The notes below the pieces were generated by a model. The model searched no databases and was not told the origin of the DNA. It worked only from the letters and a program-made list of their open reading frames with translations. From an uncultured Anaerolineales bacterium (GTDB lineage: Bacteria > Chloroflexota > Anaerolineae > Anaerolineales > E44-bin32), in contig CBDAFF010000010.1 of the NCBI GenBank assembly GCA_965195195.1, positions 41,630 through 105,629 on the forward strand: a stretch of DNA of 64,000 bases, written 5' to 3'. A program made the position numbers and the translations under genes. How positions within the stretch are numbered: the stretch's first letter is position 1; every line of letters starts with the position of its first letter. Of this stretch, positions 1 through 10,114 are shown one piece after another.

Positions 1-74
1 ATAAGCGCGAGAAGGGCTTGGTAATAAGGTCATTTCGAGAGAGCCTGGAAGCGGCGAGCAGGAAATCCACATAA
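1..74 (+). CDS. 3' end of an upstream gene (partial, unknown product)
   Basis: Open frame ...KREKGLVIRSFRESLEAASRKST* ending TAA at 72-74, followed by a hairpin at about 89-110. Confidence 0.4.
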   Translation, partial: KREKGLVIRSFRESLEAASRKST

Positions 75-94
75 GAAGTAGGAGTTTCTACCCC

Positions 95-147
95 TTGCAA
101 CCAGGGGGTATTTCGATTAATATATCATACCGACCGGTCGGTATGAT
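95..147 (+). promoter_or_regulatory. Sigma70-like promoter plus TetR operator palindrome
   Basis: TTGCAA(95-100)-17 bp-TAATAT(118-123), then the perfect 24-bp palindrome ATCATACCGACCGGTCGGTATGAT (124-147) just before a TetR gene. Confidence 0.75.
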
Positions 148-156
148 TGTGAGGAG

Positions 157-756
157 ATGATGAAACAGCAAGATCGGGCAACGCAAACGAAAGAAAGCAT
201 CCTTAAAGCGGCGGAGCATTTATTCGCCGTACAGGGCTACGAGGCGACGAGTGTTTCAACGATTTGCGACGCCGCGGGTGTGAGCAAGGGGGCTTTCTAT
301 CATCATTACAAAACCAAACAGTCGATATTTTTAGAGCTTATGCAGCGCTGGCTAAAGGGCTTGGATGAGCAGCTTGTCCTTATAGATGAGTCAACCGAGG
401 ATGTTAAAGAGGGATTGCTCTCCATGGGCGAGATCATCGGGCAGGTACTCGATGTTGGCGGCCCACAACTCCCGATTTTCCTTGAATTTTGGAGCAGGGC
501 AATTCGCGACCCTGACGTTTGGGAAGCTACAGTCGAGCCGTTTCAACACTATCGCGATTTCTTTGCCGCCCTGGTCCAGCGGGGGATAGATGAGGGAAGC
601 CTGAGAGATCTTGCCCCTCACAATACAGCCCGCGTTCTCATTGCCCTGGCGGTGGGGATGCTCGTTCAAGGTATTTTGGATACTGGGGGAGAGGAATGGC
701 AGAACATAACCCGGGAAGCACTGGAACTCCTGCTTCATGGAATAGCTGCGAGGTAA
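157..756 (+). CDS. TetR/AcrR family transcriptional regulator
   Basis: N-terminal HTH ILKAAEHLFAVQGYEATSVSTICDAAGVSKGAFYHHY; RBS GAGGAG. Confidence 0.95.
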   Translation: MMKQQDRATQTKESILKAAEHLFAVQGYEATSVSTICDAAGVSKGAFYHHYKTKQSIFLELMQRWLKGLDEQLVLIDESTEDVKEGLLSMGEIIGQVLDVGGPQLPIFLEFWSRAIRDPDVWEATVEPFQHYRDFFAALVQRGIDEGSLRDLAPHNTARVLIALAVGMLVQGILDTGGEEWQNITREALELLLHGIAAR

Positions 757-761
757 AAAAA

Positions 762-1718
762 ATGAATGTACTTCTTACTGGAGCTTGTGGAAATATCGGC
801 CAGAGCGCGTTGGATGAGCTCCTCACACGTGGGCACCAGGTTCGCTGCTTTGACCTTAAGACGAAAGCGAATGAGCGTGTCGCTAGATCCTATGAGCAGA
901 GAGCGCAGATCTTCTGGGGGGATTTACGCCGACCAGAGGATCTAATGGAGGCACTCCGAGATATTCAAATCGTTGTCCATTTGGCATTCGTGATTCCCAC
1001 ACTTTCCGCTACCGGAGTCAGCAGTGAGACAGAGCCTGAATGGGCGCGGGAGATTAATGTAGGGGGTACGAAGAACTTGCTTGACGCTATGAAACAGCAG
1101 CCACAGCCTCCGAAGATACTATTCTCTTCATCGCTTCATATCTATGGCAAGACCCAGCATTTGCCGCCGCAGCGGACAGTATTCGATGCCCCACACCCTA
1201 TAGAACACTATGCAAAACACAAGGTCGAATGCGAGGAGATGATCCAGCGCTCGGGATTAACTTGGGCGATCTACCGATTGGGCGCATCCCTGCCAGTACG
1301 CCTTTTGATGGACCCGGCGATGTTTGATGTCCCGCTGAACAATCGCATCGAATTCGTCCATAGAAGAGATGTGGGTTTAGCGATTGCGAATGGGCTGGAG
1401 ACGGATGAAATCTGGGGAAAGATCTGGCATATTGGCGGCGGATCCGGCTGTCAGCTCTATCAATGTGAGCTTGTGGAAGGGGTGATGGAAGCTGCCGGGA
1501 TTGGAATGCTGCCAGAAGACGCCTTCACCGATGAACCGTACCCCGTCGATTGGTTAGATACCGAGGAAAGTCAGAGGGTATTGAAATTTCAACGGCTGAC
1601 ATTGGCGGATTATATCGAGGATGTAAAAGAGAGTATTGGCTTTCGTCGCTTCTTTATTCGTCTCTTCCGACCGGTAATCCGCGCCTGGATTCTGAGTAAA
1701 TCACGAGTGCAAACCTGA
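762..1718 (+). CDS. NAD-dependent epimerase/dehydratase (extended SDR)
   Basis: LLTGACGNIG Rossmann motif and YAKHK catalytic motif; start moved to ATG 762 to avoid overlapping tetR. Confidence 0.9.
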   Translation: MNVLLTGACGNIGQSALDELLTRGHQVRCFDLKTKANERVARSYEQRAQIFWGDLRRPEDLMEALRDIQIVVHLAFVIPTLSATGVSSETEPEWAREINVGGTKNLLDAMKQQPQPPKILFSSSLHIYGKTQHLPPQRTVFDAPHPIEHYAKHKVECEEMIQRSGLTWAIYRLGASLPVRLLMDPAMFDVPLNNRIEFVHRRDVGLAIANGLETDEIWGKIWHIGGGSGCQLYQCELVEGVMEAAGIGMLPEDAFTDEPYPVDWLDTEESQRVLKFQRLTLADYIEDVKESIGFRRFFIRLFRPVIRAWILSKSRVQT

Positions 1719-1726
1719 AGGGCATC

Positions 1727-2524
1727 ATGATTGAAACGAGAAAATCTGAAGGAATCGCAGTTGTTACCGGCGCTTCAAGCGGGATAGGTGAAGCGGCAGC
1801 GCTGCAACTCACCGCTGAGGGTTTCCATCTGGTTTTGATCGCTCGCCGACGGGACCGCCTGGAGAAGCTTCAGTTTAAAATCCGGGAATCTGGTGGACCA
1901 GCGGATATCATCTGTTCAGATCTGAGCCAGGAAGGATCTTATTCGGCCATCGCTGATCAGGTGAAGAATATTGGATCCCCGATCGATGTCTTGCTCAACA
2001 ATGCCGGATTAGGCTGGTATGGATTTGGGGAGGAGATGCCGTGGAGTGTGGCCAGAAGTATGCTCGCGGTTAACGTGCAAGCAGTGACGGGGCTTACGCT
2101 CCAATTTTTACCGGAGATGAAAAGAATTAATCGCGGGCATATCATCAATGTCGGCTCGATTGTTGCCAGTATTCCCAGCCAGGGAGTGGCGCTCTATGGA
2201 GCAACCAAAGCGTTTCTAGATGGCTTTACAACTTCACTTTATCGAGAACTCGTGAACACAGGAGTTAATGTGAGCGTGGTCCGAACAGGAGCGGTCAGGA
2301 CGCCTTTCTTTAATAAGGTGGCTGCACACTCCGGGAGTGGTGTTATTCCGTTTCAGCGTCTTGCAGTTCAGCCAGAGACGGTAGCCCGACGAATTGTGGA
2401 GCTTTTGAAGAAACCCAGGCGGGCGATTTACGTGCCACGTTTGCTATGGGTGGTCCCCTGGATTGAAATGTACTTTAGCTGGTTTATCGATCGCCTTGGA
2501 CCACGTCTTCTGCGCTCCTCTTGA
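1727..2524 (+). CDS. Short-chain dehydrogenase/reductase
   Basis: TGASSGIG, NNAG and YGATK motifs. Confidence 0.95.
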   Translation: MIETRKSEGIAVVTGASSGIGEAAALQLTAEGFHLVLIARRRDRLEKLQFKIRESGGPADIICSDLSQEGSYSAIADQVKNIGSPIDVLLNNAGLGWYGFGEEMPWSVARSMLAVNVQAVTGLTLQFLPEMKRINRGHIINVGSIVASIPSQGVALYGATKAFLDGFTTSLYRELVNTGVNVSVVRTGAVRTPFFNKVAAHSGSGVIPFQRLAVQPETVARRIVELLKKPRRAIYVPRLLWVVPWIEMYFSWFIDRLGPRLLRSS

Positions 2525-2589
2525 TTTTGATCGCGAATGACCTGGGTAGAATTATTTACCCGGAAGGTTATCGCAGAATCGATTCTATA

Positions 2590-2859
2590 GATGGACCCCT
2601 CCGGGTCCTGGGCTTGATTTTCCGCGAGGCCTTGCTCTTAGGGCTTATCGGCGGTGTAATGGGTTTTTTCATTGCGTTTGGATTGATTGCTCTGTTGAAC
2701 TTAATTCTGATGATCGGTGAGATTGCTCAACCGATCTGGACTCTCGGGATATTCGTCCGCGCCTTCACGGTGGCTCTACGAATAGGATTGATTGGTGGTT
2801 TGTATCCAGCTCTAAGAGTCACCCGTCTTGAACCGGTAGAGGCATTGCGTTATGAATGA
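2590..2859 (+). pseudogene. C-terminal fragment of an FtsX/MacB-type ABC permease
   Basis: Only the last TM helices (RVLGLIFREALLLGLIGG...YPALRVTRLEPVEALRYE) are present; the N-terminal and periplasmic parts are missing. Confidence 0.75.
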
Positions 2860-2908
2860 GGGTTGTATCTAGTGAAAGAATTAAATCGGATTTCGAATCT
2901 AAGGATGG

Positions 2909-4111
2909 TTGAACATGAATAACAAAAGAGCACTGCGAGCTTTGTATTTATTGGTGATTACAGCGCTTCTGTTTCTTCCCGCGTGCAGTCAAGGCACGCC
3001 CGACTTAACCGAGGAGTCTAACAGCGTCATTCCGGAGAATTTTCAGCCCGTTGTCAGCGCCACGGGTATTGTGCTCCCTTCAAAAAAGGTTGTCTTGAGT
3101 TTCCCGACTCCAGGCATTGTGGATGCAATCATGGTGGAAGAAGGGGAGATGATTGAGAAGGGAACAACCCTGATGGCTTTAAAGGGGAGAGAACAGGCCC
3201 ATGCTGCCCTGGAGACTGCTCGCTTAGAACTCATCCTCGCAAACCAAAGTCTGGATGAGGTGCACCGCACTTCTACTCTTGTCAGTACGCAGACACAGTT
3301 TTCCTTTGCGAATGCCCAGGATGCGCTTGAAGATGCAGAGTATAACTGGCGTGTCCAGCAGGAAGGTTATCGCGCCAGTCAATCCACGATCGACTCTGCA
3401 CAAGCCGGCCTCGTGCTTGCGGAGGAGGAAGTCGATCGAGCCAAAGGCAATTACGACCATTACTCTGGTCGGCCCGAGGACGACGCACAACGAGCGATGG
3501 CGTTGATCGAACTCTCTTCTGCACGCAGTGCCCGTGATGCCGCGCTCAGGAGACTTAACTGGTATTTAGGATATCCAGATGAGACAGAGCAATCAATTCT
3601 CGATGCCAAGCTTTCTATAAGCGAGGCGGAACTTGGCGTTGCTGAACAGAATTGGTTAAGAGTTAAGGATGGTCCGGATCCAGAAACCCTCGAGCGGGCG
3701 GAAGCGCGGGTGGCTGCTGCGCAGGCTCATGTAAAAGCGGCTGAGGTTGCGCTCTCTCTGCTCGTTTTGGAAGCACCTTTCGCCGGGACGGTAAGTGATG
3801 TATACCCACAAGAAAAGGAGTGGGTCGCTCCCGGGCAGCCTCTGGTTGTATTGGCAGATTTACAAACTCTAAGGGTGGAGACTACAGACCTGAACGAGAT
3901 CGATGCTGCGCAAATCGAGATCGGCGATTTCGCCACCACCATTTTTGACGCGTTGCCAGATATTGTGGTTGAGGGTCAGGTCGTTTACCTCGCCAGTAAA
4001 TCTGACGAGGGGGCGGGCGTGAATTATAAAGTGATCATTGAATTGAATGAGATTCCAGAGAAAGTCAGGTGGGGGATGACGGCTTTTGTGGATATCGAAA
4101 TTGAGAATTGA
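2909..4111 (+). CDS. HlyD/efflux periplasmic adaptor subunit (lipoprotein)
   Basis: Lipobox LPAC, lipoyl half-motifs (GIVDAIMVEEGE / APFAGTV), long coiled coil, C-terminal RWGMTA. Confidence 0.9.
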   Translation: MNMNNKRALRALYLLVITALLFLPACSQGTPDLTEESNSVIPENFQPVVSATGIVLPSKKVVLSFPTPGIVDAIMVEEGEMIEKGTTLMALKGREQAHAALETARLELILANQSLDEVHRTSTLVSTQTQFSFANAQDALEDAEYNWRVQQEGYRASQSTIDSAQAGLVLAEEEVDRAKGNYDHYSGRPEDDAQRAMALIELSSARSARDAALRRLNWYLGYPDETEQSILDAKLSISEAELGVAEQNWLRVKDGPDPETLERAEARVAAAQAHVKAAEVALSLLVLEAPFAGTVSDVYPQEKEWVAPGQPLVVLADLQTLRVETTDLNEIDAAQIEIGDFATTIFDALPDIVVEGQVVYLASKSDEGAGVNYKVIIELNEIPEKVRWGMTAFVDIEIEN

Positions 4112-4309
4112 TCACACTGGAGAGGTCATGACCTCGTTTAATACCTACGATGAGGGTTGACAATGGATGCTGCTAGAGAATATCGCCACTTTCCGCTACA
4201 GGGAGCAATCAGGAATTGGTCCCTCTTGGTTTGCTCATCTTGCATGTAAAATCTAAAATCACATCTCGAAGATAATCCGATTATTCTTGCTGTCAAGGAG
4301 TGATAGTCT

Positions 4310-4954
4310 ATGGCTAAACATTTCGTGCTCGTCGCCGGAAATATCGGGTCTGGCAAAACGTCCCTCACGGAGCGGCTGGGGGAACGGTTAGGTTGGGATA
4401 CTGCGTACGAATCAGTGGTTGATAATCCCTACCTCGCTGATTTTTACGCCGATATGGCAGTCTGGGCCTTTCACCTAAATATCTTTTTCCTGGGCCACCG
4501 CGCAGACCAGCATCTAGCCCTGGCCGACTCTACCGCTTCGACGATTATCGACCGCTCAATATATGAGGACGCGGAGATCTTCGCCCGGGCTGCGCTAAGA
4601 TTAGGGACGCTTTCTGATCGCGACTACGAGAACTACCGCAAGGTCTTCGACCTCATCGTGGGGAAACTACCTTCCCCGGACCTCTTGATACACCTGAAGG
4701 CGCCTGTGCCTGTTCTGATGGGACGCATCCAGCAGCGTGCCAGGGATATGGAATTGGGGATCACTCAGGAGTACCTGGAGCTGCTCGATTCTCTCTATGT
4801 GGAATGGATCAACCGCTTCGATATCTGCCCGGTACTTACAATCCGCACGGACGATCTCGATTTCGTTCACCAACCCCGACACCTTGATACCATAATCAAC
4901 CGCATCCATGACAAGCTGACCGGAAAAGAGGAACTCCAATTTCCCAATGATTGA
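4310..4954 (+). CDS. Deoxynucleoside kinase (dAK/dGK family)
   Basis: P-loop GNIGSGKT, DRSIYED, and RIQQRAR lid. Confidence 0.93.
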   Translation: MAKHFVLVAGNIGSGKTSLTERLGERLGWDTAYESVVDNPYLADFYADMAVWAFHLNIFFLGHRADQHLALADSTASTIIDRSIYEDAEIFARAALRLGTLSDRDYENYRKVFDLIVGKLPSPDLLIHLKAPVPVLMGRIQQRARDMELGITQEYLELLDSLYVEWINRFDICPVLTIRTDDLDFVHQPRHLDTIINRIHDKLTGKEELQFPND

Positions 4955-5096
4955 TCCCTGAGTTTTCTGAAATTTCGATTGGCAAAGCTCTTTTAACACC
5001 TCCCAAGGCTTTTACAACTTTTTTACATACCTGACATGATCCTTTCGCATACTTCCTTGAAGCTATGTGTGTATTCAAATTTGAAGGAGGTTAGCG

Positions 5097-6269
5097 ATGT
5101 TTACAAAGTGGACGAGGATCATTCTGATTACTGCTGTTCTTACTCTGGGATTAGTCGGAGTTGCCTATGCCGAAGGGGATGCACCGGACAACCAGACCCG
5201 AGTTGCAGGGGTTATTCTCAACGTGGATTTCCCCGGAAATACGTTTGCTGTGCGCACGCTCAGCGGAACCGATGTACATGTGCATGTCACGGGCAATACC
5301 GAGTATCGCAGCCGCAACGGCTCTGTTCAAGGATTTGAAGATTTAGTCGTTGACATGCGCACCATCGTTATTGGCCAGGAGCGTGGGGATGGGACGATAA
5401 ACGCCTCAATAGTATTTGCAGCCACTGCAGAAGAGCTGCCCGAAATAATGCGCTTGAAGGGCGAGGTTAGTGGTGTAGGTGATAGCTTCTTTACACTCCT
5501 CGCGGAGGATGGGCGCAGTCTAACAATCAACGTCATTGAGCGCACCCGCTTCCGCAGCCGTAATGGGGAAGTGACCTCACTGCGAGATCTAGAGCCGGGA
5601 ATGGTCGCCCTCGTGGCTGCCGTAGATACAGAAGACGACGGCATCGTCGCCCTCGTTGTGGCGGCCGGGACTCCAAGCGGAGATATCCGTGACCGCATTT
5701 TCCGCACCACAGGTGAGATCACGGGGGTCGTCCCTGGACAGGAGACGTTCACCGTTCAATCAAAGGAAGGCGAAAGCGTCACGTTCGTCACTGGTGAGCG
5801 GACGAAATTCAGGAGCCGTGACGGATCGGTAACCGGGATCCATGATCTTAAGCGGGGAATGCTCACCATGGTAGGCGCGATTAAGATGGAAGATGGAACC
5901 AACCAGGCTTTAGTGGTGTTGGCCGGAAATCCTGAAGACCGTCCTGAGCGTCCCAATGTCGTCAGCGCTTCGGGGAAGATTATCTCGCTTGGGGGAAACT
6001 CCCTTACGATTGAGACCCGTTCCGGAGATCAGAAGACTTTCTCTGTGGATGGTTCGACTAAATACAAATCTCGAGATGGAAGTGTAAATGGCTTTGTTGA
6101 TCTTGAGGCGGGCATGGCTGCAATCGTCGTGGGAAGGGATCTCGGTAATGGCGAATTGCTCGCCGTAGTTGTGGGCGCGGGCCATATATCGGCAGAGCGG
6201 ACTGAGCGGACGGGCGATGTTCACCCGGAGGTGCTGCGGGATCGCCCCCCGGTCTCGCAGACGAGTTAG
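5097..6269 (+). CDS. Secreted protein with four tandem OB-fold-like (DUF5666-like) repeats
   Basis: Signal peptide ending VAYA; four repeats of T(E/R/K)(Y/F)(R/K)SR(N/D)G-V---DL--(D/G)M. Confidence 0.75.
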   Translation: MFTKWTRIILITAVLTLGLVGVAYAEGDAPDNQTRVAGVILNVDFPGNTFAVRTLSGTDVHVHVTGNTEYRSRNGSVQGFEDLVVDMRTIVIGQERGDGTINASIVFAATAEELPEIMRLKGEVSGVGDSFFTLLAEDGRSLTINVIERTRFRSRNGEVTSLRDLEPGMVALVAAVDTEDDGIVALVVAAGTPSGDIRDRIFRTTGEITGVVPGQETFTVQSKEGESVTFVTGERTKFRSRDGSVTGIHDLKRGMLTMVGAIKMEDGTNQALVVLAGNPEDRPERPNVVSASGKIISLGGNSLTIETRSGDQKTFSVDGSTKYKSRDGSVNGFVDLEAGMAAIVVGRDLGNGELLAVVVGAGHISAERTERTGDVHPEVLRDRPPVSQTS

Positions 6270-6310
6270 AGCTAAAATCCTAAAACGGCTTTGCGAAGCT
6301 TGTTATTTCG

Positions 6311-6347
6311 AAGATCCTGTGGGTCTGCACCCACAGGATCTTATTTT
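6311..6347 (+). terminator. Rho-independent terminator between convergent genes
   Basis: AAGATCCTGTGGGT-CTGC-ACCCACAGGATCTT followed by ATTTT. Confidence 0.8.
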
Positions 6348-6454
6348 AGTGAGAGATGTGCTTTAGAAATTACTGCGGATTGAGATGCATGAACCATTGG
6401 GATCGTTTAGAGCATCGCGAAGAAAAAAACAGAGTCGGATGTAAGGGTCTCCAC

Positions 6455-7309
6455 TTAGATTTTCTTCCAGACCTCCATGATATACAGCGCGTCTACATCC
6501 ATATCTTGTGGACTCTCGCACAAAACCCGCCCCCCGCAATTAAATGCGTTGAGCGCCCGAAGTAGAGCATCGAGGTTGAAATCCGAATCTTTTAGCATCA
6601 AGTGATTTCTCTCACCCTTTGGTCCAAACTCGATGCCAGAAAGGTGGCAGTGGAGGCGTTTGAGAGCCTGCTTTCCCAGGTGGGCCTCATAGCGCTCAAA
6701 AATTTCTACCCATTCAGCGTATGAATTGATTGAGCCGTCGCCTGGTCGTGCATGAAGGTGAGCAAAATCAAGACAGGGCTCGACGCCTTCGATCTCTTTC
6801 GATAACATGAGCGTGTCATCAAGTGATCCTAACAGGGCACCCTTGCCCATTGTCTCAGGCCGCAGCACAACCTGATTCCCCTGATTACGTAGTTCATCTA
6901 CACAATCCCGTAACCTCTGGATTGCAAGGGGCAAGACATCCTCGGGAGGTTGACCGAAGTAGGAGCCAGGATGAAAAACGATATCCGTCGCTCCAGCGAG
7001 GTTCCCATAGAAGGCGGCATCCATCAGGCGCTTCCGGCCCTTCGGCCACTCCTCCTTATCGGCATTTAAGTTAATGTAATATGGCGCGTGTACGCTGAGG
7101 CGCATTCCCAATTCGTCAGCGGTTTTCTTAATTGCCGCGCAAGTATTCTCAGAAACTCTCACAGATCGGACCCAACCAATCTCGAACGCAAAGAGTTCAA
7201 GTTTTGCTAGGTGACGGATCGTGCCGATGGTCCCTCCAGGTTTCTTGGGAGTAGAGCGGGGCGTTCCGACGGTTCCAAATATAAAATCTGCAAATGCCAA
7301 GTTATCCAT
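6455..7309 (-). CDS. nfo: Endonuclease IV-like AP endonuclease (TIM barrel)
   Basis: HAPYYINL, FHPG, ETMG, CLDFAH and CESP metal-binding motifs. Confidence 0.85.
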   Translation of the reverse strand: MDNLAFADFIFGTVGTPRSTPKKPGGTIGTIRHLAKLELFAFEIGWVRSVRVSENTCAAIKKTADELGMRLSVHAPYYINLNADKEEWPKGRKRLMDAAFYGNLAGATDIVFHPGSYFGQPPEDVLPLAIQRLRDCVDELRNQGNQVVLRPETMGKGALLGSLDDTLMLSKEIEGVEPCLDFAHLHARPGDGSINSYAEWVEIFERYEAHLGKQALKRLHCHLSGIEFGPKGERNHLMLKDSDFNLDALLRALNAFNCGGRVLCESPQDMDVDALYIMEVWKKI

Positions 7310-7423
7310 CCTTAATTGATCTTAGGTGAGTCGGCAGACAGTGGGTGATTATGGTTTCAATTGGATGCACGGGCACAAGAAGTTTCTTTACAGGGATGGA
7401 TGTTCTTTCTTTGGAGGAGTTAG

Positions 7424-9979
7424 TTACTCGTTTTCTTTACGGAGCGATCCGGTTTTCGGAGTCTGCTCGCGCGGTATGGAGAAACTGAACGTGCTCCCCT
7501 CATTCTCCTTGCTCGTTACCCAAATTCGACCCCCGTGCTGCTCGACGACAGTTTTAGCGAGAGCAAGACCGAGACCAGTACCATCGATGGGATTATTCGG
7601 ATCCATTACCGTAACCCGCCCACGGAAGAGGTGATCGAATACACGGGGTATTTCATCCTCGGGGATGCCCGGCCCGTCATCGATTACGCTGATAATTACC
7701 TCATCCCCATCCCAGCGAACCTTTATCTCGATTCGCGCTTCATCGCCACTGTATTTTATGGCGTTGCTTAAGAGATTCGACATGACTGAGCTCAAGCGGT
7801 TAGCATGGCCCACGATCAACAGCGATTCGTCGGGCGGTTCGTAAATTACCGTTTGATCTTTTTCATCGAAGAGAGGCTGCAAATCTTCGATTGTGTTACG
7901 GATTAAATCGTTAATCTGAAAGGGCTCATAGGCTATGTTAGAGGTTGACTCCACGCGGATCGTCTCCAGCAGACCGCTTATGAGGTTTGTCATGCTGTCG
8001 GTTGCGCGCTGCATCATGTTGAGCGCCTTGCGCTGCTGGTCGCTCAATTCGGCGTCATTGAGCAAATCTGCCCCCAGGCGGATTGCGTTAAGTGGGTTCT
8101 TCAAATCATGGGCGGCGGTGCCAAGAAGTTGAGAACGCATTCGATCGATCTGCTTCAGTGCAGTGATATCCTGCATAACGGCAACACGTCCGACTCCTGT
8201 GATTTCACTGATCGTCGCATAGAGAACACGTTCTGTGGGTGTCGTAACTTCGATACTCGTTGGAAAGGTGATCTCATCTTCCATTAGAAGTTCACCAAGC
8301 GGGTGATTGACGAATATCTCAGATGCGAAGCGATCTTTTGCCAGGTCAGGGTTAATTCGAAAAACTTGTCCTGCAGTTTGATTTACCAGAATGATCCGAC
8401 CGCTGATATCAGTCAGAACTACAGCATCCGCTGTTTCCACCAAAGTGGCTTCAAGGCGTGAGCGCTCATCCGCCACACCCTGGAATAAGCCGGCATTTTC
8501 GAGGGATACTGCAGCCCAGGAAGAAACCGAAGTTAGTAGTTGCTGGTCTGTTTCTGTAAATGCACCGCGAGGGTGATTGATGGCTTGGATCGCCCCCATG
8601 ACCTCGCCTCGCTGTTGAAGTGGAACGCAAAGTACAGATGTAGTTAGGATGCCGGTTTGGCCGTCGATCGCGCTTTGATATAGGGGGTTTGTGCGAACAT
8701 CATTCACAATCAAAGGGCTATTATTGCGAGTGACCCACCCAGCGATCCCCTCTTCCAGTCGAATGGCTACATCTCGAAGTCTCATTCGTGCGCCACCACT
8801 GGCTTTTAGCATCAATCTCTCTTTATCATCGTCGAGTAGGAAGAGAACGACCGCTTCTGCTTTCAAGAGATTTTGGGATTGCTCCATGGCTTTTTGGAGA
8901 GCGACTTCCAAGTCAAGTGTAGAGGTCATCTCCTTGCCAATAATGCTTAATTCTTGTAACTGGCTGGCGCGGGCTTCTGCTGTTTCGAAGTGGATCGCAT
9001 CCTGGATTCCGACAGTCCCGATATTGATAATCGCCTGAGCGAGTTCCAGCTCCTGCTCATCTAAATCGTGCCCTCCCTTGTTGTAGAGAAGGCGGACCAA
9101 CCCAAGGGAACCTTGTCGTGAGGCAAGTGGAAAAATTGCAGCGGTGGAGATCCCTTCCGCTTCCAGCATTGCGATATCTTTCGCGGATCCCGAAGGTGGA
9201 GTGAGGCTTATGATCTCGGGTTTAAGTTCCTTTTGCACCTTCTCGTGGACTGGGTAATCAGGCGTTTTGTCAGCAACTAGAGAAACTACAGTTTGCTGCA
9301 TTGATTTCCCTAGTTGTTGCCGGAAACGGTACGTCTCGCCTTTGCCTTCATCGAACGCGAATATTTCACAGGTGTCGGCTGATGTCGCTTTTAACAAGTG
9401 AGCTGCTGTCTGCTTGATGGCTTCTTTCCGATCCAGTGTGCCGGTGATGGCATGGCTGGCTTGGTAGAGCAGCGAAAGCTTATGCAGCAGGTAGCTCTGG
9501 CTTGTGGTTTGTTGGGCTAAGGCAAAAATCTCTGCTGCCCGCGAGGCTAGGACTTCCAATGTTTCTAATTCTTTTCCGCTATACGGATCGGGTTGATCTT
9601 TTGCGGCAAAAAGCAAACCGATGATCTTGTCGTCACTCAAGCAAGGCGCACATGCGACAGTGCCGGGGGCAAGGGGTAAGCCGAGTGCTCCGCTTTCGCC
9701 ATTTGTGGAGAGTGCACGCTTCGCGGAGAAGACTTCCATTAGGATAGGGTGGTCGGAGCCGAGTGCAACCCGACCGAGGTCGCGCAGCGGTAGACCATGA
9801 GCAATGCGAGGGGTATATCCCGCTTCCGTTTTATCAACATCATAGAGTGCGGCTCGGTCCGCAGAGACCAATTCACACGTAAGGAGAAGTAGGCTGGTTA
9901 GAGCCTGCATCGGGTTGTTGATATCGAAAGAACTCGTAGCTGCCTGATAGATATTTCCGCGCAGTTCCGTTGATTCCAT
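7424..9979 (-). CDS. Cytoplasmic GAF-GAF-GAF-PAS sensor histidine kinase
   Basis: H-box AAHDLKNPL; N box NLLSNAIKY, G1 DDGPGI, G2 GTGLGL; GAF segments (LCVPL...GAIQAIN); no TM helices. Confidence 0.92.
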   Translation of the reverse strand: MESTELRGNIYQAATSSFDINNPMQALTSLLLLTCELVSADRAALYDVDKTEAGYTPRIAHGLPLRDLGRVALGSDHPILMEVFSAKRALSTNGESGALGLPLAPGTVACAPCLSDDKIIGLLFAAKDQPDPYSGKELETLEVLASRAAEIFALAQQTTSQSYLLHKLSLLYQASHAITGTLDRKEAIKQTAAHLLKATSADTCEIFAFDEGKGETYRFRQQLGKSMQQTVVSLVADKTPDYPVHEKVQKELKPEIISLTPPSGSAKDIAMLEAEGISTAAIFPLASRQGSLGLVRLLYNKGGHDLDEQELELAQAIINIGTVGIQDAIHFETAEARASQLQELSIIGKEMTSTLDLEVALQKAMEQSQNLLKAEAVVLFLLDDDKERLMLKASGGARMRLRDVAIRLEEGIAGWVTRNNSPLIVNDVRTNPLYQSAIDGQTGILTTSVLCVPLQQRGEVMGAIQAINHPRGAFTETDQQLLTSVSSWAAVSLENAGLFQGVADERSRLEATLVETADAVVLTDISGRIILVNQTAGQVFRINPDLAKDRFASEIFVNHPLGELLMEDEITFPTSIEVTTPTERVLYATISEITGVGRVAVMQDITALKQIDRMRSQLLGTAAHDLKNPLNAIRLGADLLNDAELSDQQRKALNMMQRATDSMTNLISGLLETIRVESTSNIAYEPFQINDLIRNTIEDLQPLFDEKDQTVIYEPPDESLLIVGHANRLSSVMSNLLSNAIKYSGDEARIEIKVRWDGDEVIISVIDDGPGIPEDEIPRVFDHLFRGRVTVMDPNNPIDGTGLGLALAKTVVEQHGGRIWVTSKENEGSTFSFSIPREQTPKTGSLRKENE

Positions 9980-10114
9980 GTGTAGGTGTCCTGAGAAGTA
10001 GATTAAGGTTGGCTAGACTCGACATCACGAATTATGGCATAGATCAACCCACCCTGCAATGAATACAAAGTTCTATGGGTGGTGGCAGCGTATCACTGTT
10101 GAGATGGGTTCGGA

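Noticed and set aside
4140-4300. Imperfect hairpin upstream of the deoxynucleoside kinase as a possible purine or 2'-dG riboswitch
   Set aside because: Conserved aptamer core and terminator not recognisable
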